NCBI GenBank assembly: GCA_903846555.1
Contig: CAINBI010000077.1
Span: 5,145 to 69,144 of the forward strand
Source: an uncultured Pseudomonadota bacterium
Lineage (GTDB): Bacteria; Pseudomonadota; Gammaproteobacteria; Burkholderiales; Methylophilaceae
DNA: 64,000 bases
Direction: 5' to 3'
A program made the position numbers and the translations under genes. Positions 1 through 7,832 of this stretch are shown one piece after another. Every line of letters begins with the position of its first letter. The first letter of the stretch is position 1. The notes below the pieces were generated by a model. The model did no database searches, was not told where the DNA came from, and worked only from the letters and a program-made list of their open reading frames with translations.

Positions 1-1
1 C

Positions 2-319
2 CTGCAGGCGGCTAATGATCGTAAAGACATTAACGATGTGCGTGAATACACGACACCAGAAATTTTTGCCGAAATCTCAATGCAAATGCAAGAGCGCGGC
101 AATACGGTACAAAAAACCGAGGTTATCGCCATTAACGCAGCGTTGCTGGAAGTGGTCAACGAAGGTGATTATTCAATTGCCAGCGTACGTTTTACTGGTC
201 AGTTAAGCGAAAATAACGGCACGCCAGAAAATGTAGATGAAATTTGGCATATTCAAAAAAGTCTGCAAGACGCTAATGCAGCATGGTTGTTAGCAGGTAT
301 TCAGCAAGCTGGCCTTTAA
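2..319 (+). CDS. Tim44-like domain protein, C-terminal fragment (5' end lies outside the window)
   Basis: Frame 2 is open from the window edge to TAA at 317-319. The tail ...DEIWHIQKS...WLLAGIQQ resembles bacterial Tim44-like domain proteins. Confidence 0.5.
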   Translation: MQAANDRKDINDVREYTTPEIFAEISMQMQERGNTVQKTEVIAINAALLEVVNEGDYSIASVRFTGQLSENNGTPENVDEIWHIQKSLQDANAAWLLAGIQQAGL

Positions 320-551
320 TGCAGCAGCCTTGAGTCAGTTGGTTTTAAGTAAGTTAACGCTGAGTCAAGGCTAAGTACTTCTCTACCGAGCAATCGCTCC
401 GAATGTAAATTTAATAATGCAATTTTATTCGCAGCGTATTAAAGTAAGCTAAAATGCCCGTTATTAGATTTGAAGCGCATAAGCCCTTGATGTTTTTAGA
501 TATTCAGCGCAAGGGTAACCCATATTTTTAAATGATGAAAAGGTAAAAGTC

Positions 552-833
552 ATGTCAATGTTATTACGTTCTATGTTGGTATTAGCGGTAACAAGCTTAT
601 TAATGGTTGGTTGTGGTAAAAAAGAAGAGGCTGCACCAGTAATCGTAACACCAGCGCCAGCGCCAGCACCAGTAGCTGAAGTAGCACCTCCAGTTGCTGA
701 ACCTGGTGGTTATGTTCCAACTGCTGAAGAGCGCGTGCCTGGCATTACTCTTGATGCAGCTGCGTTAGATGCCGTTGCACCTACAGTAGCCGCCGAAACT
801 GCGCCAGAAGAAGCAGCGCCAGCAGCAAAATAA
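552..833 (+). CDS. Small Pro/Ala-rich lipoprotein
   Basis: Signal peptide with lipobox LMVGC, then low-complexity APAPAPAP/VAEVAPPVAEP. AGG-type RBS upstream and an intrinsic terminator downstream. Confidence 0.6.
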   Translation: MSMLLRSMLVLAVTSLLMVGCGKKEEAAPVIVTPAPAPAPVAEVAPPVAEPGGYVPTAEERVPGITLDAAALDAVAPTVAAETAPEEAAPAAK

Positions 834-861
834 GTAAGCACTCAGTAGTCGTTACAAAATT

Positions 862-889
862 AAAAGCACGCTTCAAAGCGTGCTTTTTT
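862..889 (+). terminator. Rho-independent terminator of the lipoprotein gene
   Basis: Stem agcacgc/gcgtgct (865-871 / 878-884), 6-nt loop, then a T-run at 884-889. Confidence 0.75.
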
Positions 890-1002
890 ATTACCTATAA
901 TTTCATTACCGATGATTGTATAGTCGACGATTTTACGATCTAGAAAAAATGGCCTTTACAGTGATTTTTATCCAGTGGCCGAGCTTGATAAGCTAAGTAG
1001 GT

Positions 1003-1120
1003 GCTGATTAAATCCGTTCGTGGTGAGCTTGTCGAACCATGCTTTATTTTTTACTATAAGAATCAGTATGTTAAAAGCACCCTTCGACTAGCTCAGGGCG
1101 AACGGTTGAATAAATCAGCG
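1003..1120. repeat. Palindromic (MITE/REP-like) intergenic element, long form
   Basis: Outer arms gctgatt...ccgttcg / cgaacgg...aatcagc, inner arms gtcgaa/ttcgac, around an AT-rich centre of about 45 nt. It shares a 19-mer (1009-1027) with 9666-9684 inside polA. Confidence 0.7.
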
Positions 1121-1131
1121 CTTCCCTAAGT

Positions 1132-2481
1132 TTAATTCAAGCTACTCCAACTGAGCGGATCAAAAGGGCGGCTCTGGCGACGCAGCTCATAATAAAGCCC
1201 ATTCGTTTCATTGCCTCCACTGTTGCCCACAGATGCAATGGCATCGCCTACATTGACCGTTTCGCCAACATGCTTTAATACAGCCTGATTATTACCATAC
1301 AAACTCATATAGCCACTGCCATGATCGACAATAATCAAGTTGCCAAATCCACGTAGCCAATCAGCAAAAACCACGCGACCATTGGCTACGGATTTAACCT
1401 CTGAACCTTCATTCGCCTTAATAAATAAGCCTTTCCATGAGATGCCGCTATCTTCACGACTGGCACCAAAGCGATTAGTGACATTGCCTCGGACTGGCAG
1501 CCTTAATTTTCCCTTTAGCGCAGCAAAGTTAGTTTCTGCAAACTCGTTGCTCGGTGTGGTGGTATTGGATAAGTCGGTATTGTTTGCAAGCACGGTATTT
1601 GCTGGTTTATTAGCCTCGGCAAGCTCTGTTGAAGTTGCATTCTTTGAGGCAGGATTGTTAGTGTTAGCAAGCTTTGTTGCTAGGCGCTTAGGCGTAGGCG
1701 GAATAATTCTCGCTAAGCGTGTCACTAATTCTGAAAGCCTTTTTTCGTCACGGCTTAACTTTTTAATTTCACCACGTTGTGTAGCAATTTGTTGCGATAA
1801 AGTTTGCACTACTTTAGATTTAACTTTTTTCTGGCTTTCTAAAGTGCGGCGCTCATCCATTTGTTTTTGCTTGAGCTCAGCCACTTCTTTAAGGGCCGCA
1901 GCGGTTTGTTCGTTGAGCTTGCTGATTTTGCTTAAGCTGCCCTGCATTTTGTTAATCAAAGCCGCACGAGCTCTGGCAATGTAGGAATAATAATGCACGT
2001 CACGCGCAATTTCACTAGGGTGTTCACTTTGCAAAATCATTTGCACATAGCTCTGCTGGCCATGAATATATTGCTGATATAACTGGCTACTTAATAGCCT
2101 TTGCTGTTGCGAGAGTGCTTGGTTGGTTGACTTTGAATCAGACTCAAGTTGCGAAAGTGTTTTCTTACTCTCTTGCTGCTGCTGATTTATTTCGTACAGC
2201 TTCTTATTAGCCTCACTAATGGCGACCTCACTTTCTTTTAAGGCATCTGCCGCGTCTTTATGCGCTTCTTGTGAGTTATCTAATTCTATTTTTAGTGATT
2301 CCAAACGTTGCTGAACCTCTGTTAAAGCTTGTTTGGATTGCTCGGTTTTTTTTGCAGCAAAGCCCAATGAGCTATGCGCCAGCAATAAGGCTATCAATGG
2401 CGCCAGCAACAAGGAATGTTCGCTTAATCGCTTAAAGTGGCGCTGCTGCAATGTATTAAACCTGAACGAACTTGCTTTCAA
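1132..2481 (-). CDS. envC: Murein hydrolase activator EnvC-like / M23 peptidase family protein
   Basis: Signal sequence, long Q/E/K-rich coiled coil, C-terminal LytM/M23 domain (...FGNLIIVDHGSGYMSLYGNN...). Adjacent to gpmI, as in many proteobacteria. Confidence 0.85.
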   Translation of the reverse strand: MKASSFRFNTLQQRHFKRLSEHSLLLAPLIALLLAHSSLGFAAKKTEQSKQALTEVQQRLESLKIELDNSQEAHKDAADALKESEVAISEANKKLYEINQQQQESKKTLSQLESDSKSTNQALSQQQRLLSSQLYQQYIHGQQSYVQMILQSEHPSEIARDVHYYSYIARARAALINKMQGSLSKISKLNEQTAAALKEVAELKQKQMDERRTLESQKKVKSKVVQTLSQQIATQRGEIKKLSRDEKRLSELVTRLARIIPPTPKRLATKLANTNNPASKNATSTELAEANKPANTVLANNTDLSNTTTPSNEFAETNFAALKGKLRLPVRGNVTNRFGASREDSGISWKGLFIKANEGSEVKSVANGRVVFADWLRGFGNLIIVDHGSGYMSLYGNNQAVLKHVGETVNVGDAIASVGNSGGNETNGLYYELRRQSRPFDPLSWSSLN

Positions 2482-2504
2482 AGTGAGCTAGTTTTCAATG
2501 TAAA

Positions 2505-4061
2505 TTAGTTGTTAAAGTTAAGCAGGCATTTGCCTGTCATTTCAACGGGCTGTGCAACGCCCATCATTTTCAGCAATGTTGGCGCTAAGTCAGATAAGGC
2601 GCCGTTTTCGCTGAGTGTTGCTTCGCGGCCAACATAAATTAGCGGCACTTTATTCGTGGTGTGTTGCGTATGCGGCTGGTTGTTGATTTCGTCAAACATC
2701 ACTTCGGCATTGCCGTGATCGGCGGTAATAATCACTTCTCCGCCTACGCTTCGCATGGCTTTTACCACACGACCTACGCAAGTGTCTAATGTTTCAATAG
2801 CCTTGATAGCCGCTTGCAGGCTGCCTGTATGGCCTACCATATCGCCATTGGCGTAATTGCAGATAATAGCGTTGTATTGACGGCTTAAAATTGCTTCCTC
2901 AAGTCTGTCGGTGAGTTCAAACGCGCTCATTTCGGGTTGCAAATCATAGGTTGCCACTGGCGGAGATGGCACTAGAATACGGTCTTCGTCGGGGAATACC
3001 GTTTCTTCGCCACCGTTAAAAAAGAAGGTCACATGCGGGTATTTTTCAGTCTCAGCAATGCGTAATTGTGTCAGACCCAAGTTGGAAACATATTCACCAA
3101 AGGTATTTTTAATAGTGTATGGTGGAAAAATTACCGTGGCTTTGGTTTCTTTCTTATCGAACATCGTCAAGGTAAAGTAGCCCGCTAGTTTTGGCACATG
3201 GCGACGATGAAAGCCGTCAAACTCATCGCTTAATATTGCATGGGTTAATTGGCGCGCGCGATCCGATCTAAAATTCATATACACCACTAAATCACCATCT
3301 TCAAGGTGAATAGGCGCTTCGTCAGGGCTGCGAATGGCGGTAGTTTTAACAAACTCGTCATTCTCGCCGCGTGCATAAGCGGCTTGCAAACCTTCAGCCG
3401 CAGTCGCGTAAGTATATTCGCCCAAACCTTCAGTGATTAACGCATAAGCTGCTTCAACGCGTGGCCAGCGTTTATCTCTATCCATGCTATAAAAACGGCC
3501 GTTGATTGAGATGATTTTACCCACACCTAATACTTTTATTTTTGCTTCCAGTGCCGCCAAGTAAGGTGCAGCGCTGATAGGCGGCGTGTCGCGACCATCT
3601 AAAAAGGCATGCACATAAATTTTTGATAAGCCTAATTTTGCCGCCATCTCTGACATGGCGTGAATGTGCTGTTGATGGCTATGCACACCGCCATCTGAAA
3701 GCAGGCCGAAAATATGTAAGGCTTTATGAGTATGTTTAATACCGAGTAAAGCGGCTTTTAATGCGGCTTGTTCAAAAAACTCACCACTGGCAATGCTATT
3801 GTTAATGCGCTCGAAATCTTGAAATACAACGCGACCCGCACCGATATTAAGATGCCCAACTTCTGAGTTGCCCATTTGACCATCGGGCAAGCCTACATAA
3901 TGCTCAGAGGCGTTAATTAAGGTGTGCGGATGTGCGTTCCAAAGTGCGTCAATATTTGGTTTGTGTGCTTGCGCAATCGCGTTATCTGTACTTTCTTCAC
4001 GATAACCAAAGCCATCTAAAATCAACAGGCATACAGGGGTGATGTTTGTGGTGGTTGCCAT
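2505..4061 (-). CDS. gpmI: 2,3-bisphosphoglycerate-independent phosphoglycerate mutase
   Basis: 518 aa with iPGM hallmarks (LLILDGFG, MGNSEVGHLNIGAGR, ITADHGNAE). Confidence 0.95.
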   Translation of the reverse strand: MATTTNITPVCLLILDGFGYREESTDNAIAQAHKPNIDALWNAHPHTLINASEHYVGLPDGQMGNSEVGHLNIGAGRVVFQDFERINNSIASGEFFEQAALKAALLGIKHTHKALHIFGLLSDGGVHSHQQHIHAMSEMAAKLGLSKIYVHAFLDGRDTPPISAAPYLAALEAKIKVLGVGKIISINGRFYSMDRDKRWPRVEAAYALITEGLGEYTYATAAEGLQAAYARGENDEFVKTTAIRSPDEAPIHLEDGDLVVYMNFRSDRARQLTHAILSDEFDGFHRRHVPKLAGYFTLTMFDKKETKATVIFPPYTIKNTFGEYVSNLGLTQLRIAETEKYPHVTFFFNGGEETVFPDEDRILVPSPPVATYDLQPEMSAFELTDRLEEAILSRQYNAIICNYANGDMVGHTGSLQAAIKAIETLDTCVGRVVKAMRSVGGEVIITADHGNAEVMFDEINNQPHTQHTTNKVPLIYVGREATLSENGALSDLAPTLLKMMGVAQPVEMTGKCLLNFNN

Positions 4062-4221
4062 AATATTTTGCTTTAATATTGTGAATGTAATGTCACTATT
4101 TTAGCTTATTTACACGTAAAATTAGCTTATAAAATTTGTATTGAGCATGTATTGGGATTGCATTGAAGTTGCTATTGAATGTAGTGGCAAGCCAGCTCTT
4201 GATTTTTAGCGCAATTGCGCC

Positions 4222-4806
4222 ATGTTTAATAGATTGAAATTTGAAAGGAATTGTGTGGAATTTTTAAGAAGTAATATCCTGTTGATTGGTTTGGCTTTAG
4301 GTTCAGGCTTTATGCTGTTATTACCACTGCTTAAAAAAAGTGCGGGTGGTGTACCTAATTTAACAGCGGCTGAAGCTGTTACGTTGATCAATCGGTCTAA
4401 TGCACTGGTGCTAGATGTACGCGATGATGCTGAGTTTGCTAGCGGACACATTGCTGAAGCCATTCATATTCCTTTAGCTAATTTAGCTGAGCGTATCGCT
4501 GAGCTTAAAAAACATCAAAATAAAACCATTTTGGTGAATTGTCAGCGCGGTATGCGTTCGGCCAAAGCTTGCGATATTTTGCGCAAAGCCGAATTCACCC
4601 AAGTGCATAATCTGCATGGTGGCTTAACGGCCTGGCTTGAAGCTAAGTTGCCTGTAGTCACTAATACTAAAATAACAAGTGCTAAGGCAACCAATGCTAA
4701 GGCCGCTAATGTTGCGGTAAAAAAAGTGACAGCAAGTAAGGGTGTAACAAAAGAAGCTAGGGCTGAAGCCGTGGCAGAAAAGCCAGCAGAGAGCGGAGCA
4801 GTATAA
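4222..4806 (+). CDS. Rhodanese-domain membrane protein (YibN-like)
   Basis: N-terminal TM helix plus rhodanese fold (LVLDVRDDAEFASGHI...NCQRGMRS), upstream of grxC-secB as in E. coli yibN. GTG at 4255 has a better RBS (aagga at 4244-4248), so the start is uncertain. Confidence 0.8.
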   Translation: MFNRLKFERNCVEFLRSNILLIGLALGSGFMLLLPLLKKSAGGVPNLTAAEAVTLINRSNALVLDVRDDAEFASGHIAEAIHIPLANLAERIAELKKHQNKTILVNCQRGMRSAKACDILRKAEFTQVHNLHGGLTAWLEAKLPVVTNTKITSAKATNAKAANVAVKKVTASKGVTKEARAEAVAEKPAESGAV

Positions 4807-5063
4807 TGGCAACAGTCACGATGTATACCTCGGCCGTTTGCCCGTATTGCATGAATGCAGAACGGTTGCTTGCGAGCAAAGGAGTGACGGTAATCAATAA
4901 AATCCGTATTGATTTACAACCAGAGTTGCGCGTAGAAATGATGCAGAGAACAGGCCTGCGTACTGTGCCGCAAATTTATATCGATAGCCAGCATATCGGT
5001 GGCTTTGATGATTTACGCGCACTAGATTTGGCTGGCGGACTAGACCCACTACTTGCCGCCTAA
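4806..5063 (+). CDS. grxC: Glutaredoxin 3
   Basis: 85 aa with the CPYC active site and TVPQIYI...IGGFDDL. Confidence 0.95.
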   Translation: MATVTMYTSAVCPYCMNAERLLASKGVTVINKIRIDLQPELRVEMMQRTGLRTVPQIYIDSQHIGGFDDLRALDLAGGLDPLLAA

Positions 5064-5156
5064 ATTCTGCTAAAATGGCAAATAGTCCCCTGAGTGATAG
5101 ATTCAATTAACCCCTTACATGAATGTGTAATTTTAAAAGAAAGCTAAAGAAAAATC

Positions 5157-5651
5157 ATGGCAACAGAAAATAACAACGTAGCAGCAGAGCAACAAGAACA
5201 ACCACAGCAAGCTGGTTTTAGTATTGAGAAAATTTATGTTAAAGATGCCTCGTTAGAAATTCCACATGCGCCGCAGATTTTTACTGATCGCACACAGCCA
5301 CAAATTAGCATTGAGTTAGGTAATTTTGCGCAAATGCTTGAAGAGGGCGTTTTTGAAGTGGCGATTAAAGTGACAGTAACCTCAAAAATTGAAGATAAAA
5401 CCGTATTTTTGGTTGAAGTCACGCAAGCTGGTATTTTCCAAATTCGTAACGTACCAGAAGAAAACATGGAAATGATTGCTGGCATTACTTGCCCAAACAT
5501 TCTATTCCCTTATGCGCGCGAAACCGTGTCTGATCTAGTTGTTCGTGCAGGCTTTCAGCCAGTTTTGTTAAACCCTATCAATTTTGAAGCGTTGTTTGCA
5601 CAACAAAAACAACAACAAACTGAAGCGGCAGCAGCTAGCGCGAAACATTAA
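5157..5651 (+). CDS. secB: Protein-export chaperone SecB
   Basis: 164 aa; FSIEKIYVKDASLE...GITCPNILFPYARE is typical SecB; conserved grxC-secB-gpsA context. Confidence 0.95.
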   Translation: MATENNNVAAEQQEQPQQAGFSIEKIYVKDASLEIPHAPQIFTDRTQPQISIELGNFAQMLEEGVFEVAIKVTVTSKIEDKTVFLVEVTQAGIFQIRNVPEENMEMIAGITCPNILFPYARETVSDLVVRAGFQPVLLNPINFEALFAQQKQQQTEAAAASAKH

Positions 5652-5664
5652 ATTTACATTTTGA

Positions 5665-6123
5665 ATGTATCAAGCCAGTAAAAAAGCTTTAGTTTCTAGT
5701 TTTATTCTAGCGCTGCTGCCACTCTCGGCATCCGCGCTAGAATATAGATCTGTGGCGGTACCTAAAGCCATACTTTATGATGCACCTTCTAGCGCCGCTA
5801 AAAAAATCCTGTTACTTAGTCAATATTACCCAGTAGAAGTGATTGTTAATCTAGGTGATTGGGTTAAGGTGCGCGATGCGCAGGGTAGCATTAGCTGGAT
5901 GGAAGCCAAGCAATTGTCAAAACAGCGCACGGTGATGGTCAACATTAATCATGCAGAAATCAGACTAGCGGCTGATGCAAACGCTACACTGCTAGCTACT
6001 CCTGAAAAAGACGTCGTGCTGGAAGTGGTCGATATAAAGCTGAATAATGGCTGGCTTAAAGTTAAACATCGTGACGGTGTCACTGGCTATATTTTGATCT
6101 CATCAACTTGGGGTTCTGATTAA
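5665..6123 (+). CDS. Secreted SH3b-domain protein
   Basis: Signal peptide, then two bacterial SH3-like segments (GDWVKVRD..G..GWM and NGWLKVKHRDGVTGYI). Confidence 0.65.
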   Translation: MYQASKKALVSSFILALLPLSASALEYRSVAVPKAILYDAPSSAAKKILLLSQYYPVEVIVNLGDWVKVRDAQGSISWMEAKQLSKQRTVMVNINHAEIRLAADANATLLATPEKDVVLEVVDIKLNNGWLKVKHRDGVTGYILISSTWGSD

Positions 6124-6159
6124 ATGGGTGGTTCTGATTAAATGGGGGGTTTCGATTAA
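6106..6159 (+). repeat. 3 x 18-nt tandem repeat spanning the SH3-gene stop and the gpsA start
   Basis: Units are acttggggttctgattaa, atgggtggttctgattaa and atggggggtttcgattaa. All are in one frame and create ATG-GGSD-TAA and ATG-GGFD-TAA mini-ORFs. Confidence 0.9.
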
Positions 6160-7164
6160 ATGGCAAAAATAGCCGTACTTGGCGCAGGTGCTTGGGGCAC
6201 GGCGCTTGCCATGAATATTAGTCAGCGTCACCAAGTGTCGTTATGGGCGCGCAATGCTGGGCATGTTTCTGGTATGCGCAAAGCACGCGCTAATCCGCTA
6301 TATTTGGGTGACTTTAAATTTAACGATAATCTGCAAGTAGAAGATGATTTGCAAGCGGCCATTAGTGGCGCAGATTTAATTTTATCTGTGGTGCCAACCG
6401 CAGGCTTTAGAGCCATACTCAAGGACATTAAAGCGCTAGGCTGCAAGTTACCTATTATTTGGGCAAACAAAGGCTTGGAGCCAAAATCTGCAAAACTACC
6501 CTATGAAGTGGCGCTAGAAGAATTAGGTGACCCTAAAGTCACGGGTCAGCATTGGGGTGTACTTTCTGGGCCGAGTTTTGCCGCAGAGTTAGTCCGTGGC
6601 CTGCCCACGGCGGTGACCGTTGCTGCCAATGATGAAGCTTTTTCTAATGAAGCCGCCTTGCTCATACACGGTGCCAATTTACGGGTGTACCACACCACCG
6701 ATGTCATCGGCGTTTCAGTTGGTGGCGCAGTTAAAAACGTGATGGCGATTGCCGCTGGTATTAGCGACGGTATGGGTTTTGGCAATAATGCCAGAGCCGC
6801 CATGATTACACGCGGCTTGGCTGAAATGACGCGCTTTGGCGTGGCCTTAGGCGCAAAGCCCGATACTTTTATGGGCTTAGCTGGTGCGGGAGATTTAATA
6901 CTCACCTGCACAGGCCAATATTCTAGAAATAGAGAGGTTGGCTTGCAACTCGCCAGCGGAAAATCATTGACGGATATTCTACAAGGCTTAGGGCATGTAG
7001 CAGAAGGCGTGAATACCACGGCCGAAGTCATGCGACTTGCCAATAAAATGCAGGTAGATATGCCGATTACTTATCAGGTTGATCAAGTGCTATCACACAG
7101 TAAAAGCGCGCAAGATGCCGTGATGGATTTGCTAGGCCGTGAGCAAAAGGCTGAAGGGCTGTAG
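6160..7164 (+). CDS. gpsA: NAD(P)H-dependent glycerol-3-phosphate dehydrogenase
   Basis: 334 aa; GAGAWGTALA Rossmann motif, GLKNV-type core, conserved context. Confidence 0.95.
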   Translation: MAKIAVLGAGAWGTALAMNISQRHQVSLWARNAGHVSGMRKARANPLYLGDFKFNDNLQVEDDLQAAISGADLILSVVPTAGFRAILKDIKALGCKLPIIWANKGLEPKSAKLPYEVALEELGDPKVTGQHWGVLSGPSFAAELVRGLPTAVTVAANDEAFSNEAALLIHGANLRVYHTTDVIGVSVGGAVKNVMAIAAGISDGMGFGNNARAAMITRGLAEMTRFGVALGAKPDTFMGLAGAGDLILTCTGQYSRNREVGLQLASGKSLTDILQGLGHVAEGVNTTAEVMRLANKMQVDMPITYQVDQVLSHSKSAQDAVMDLLGREQKAEGL

Positions 7165-7208
7165 TCTGGTATTAAAAAAATCCTGTGTTTGAAAAAGCCC
7201 AAAAAGAT

Positions 7209-7673
7209 ATGTTTAATATTGCCCTCTACGAACCCAATATACCGCAAAACACCGGCAATATTATTCGCCTAGCAGCCAATAACGGCTGCCATCTTCATCT
7301 AATCGAGCCGCTGGGATTTGATCTTGAAGATAAAAATTTGCGCCGATCAGGTCTGGATTATTTTGACTTGGCAAACGTGAGTCTATACCCCAATTATGAA
7401 GCGTTTTTAAAGGCGATGGACGGTCATAGAATATTGGCTTTGACGACAAAAGCTACGCGCCCATATAACCAAATTCAATATCTAGCCGGCGATGTATTGT
7501 TATTTGGCTCAGAAACCGCAGGGCTGCCTGAAGCCGTCCGCCAAACGATCGCCACAGATCATCAATTAAGAATACCAATGCGGCCCAATAATCGCAGCAT
7601 GAACCTATCCAATACCGTGGCCATCGTTAGCTATCAGGCATGGGCGCAACTAGGATTTGCAGGCGGGGAATAA
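7209..7673 (+). CDS. trmL: tRNA (cytidine/uridine-2'-O-)-methyltransferase TrmL (SpoU family)
   Basis: [26 protein letters not shown] aligns with the E. coli TrmL N-terminus. The ORF track starts at GTG 7185, but ATG 7209 matches homologues better. Confidence 0.9.
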   Translation: MFNIALYEPNIPQNTGNIIRLAANNGCHLHLIEPLGFDLEDKNLRRSGLDYFDLANVSLYPNYEAFLKAMDGHRILALTTKATRPYNQIQYLAGDVLLFGSETAGLPEAVRQTIATDHQLRIPMRPNNRSMNLSNTVAIVSYQAWAQLGFAGGE

Positions 7674-7832
7674 GCCTAAGCGAGATTTATCAGTGGCTCA
7701 ACTTACTGCACAACCAAGTAAGCTCCAAAAATTGTCATGTAGCACATTCCTAATGGCATTAACTTGTTGAATGTACCTGAATGCAAAGCGCTTGGCTTAA
7801 CTCACTTGTGAATAAGACCGAGATTGATTTAT

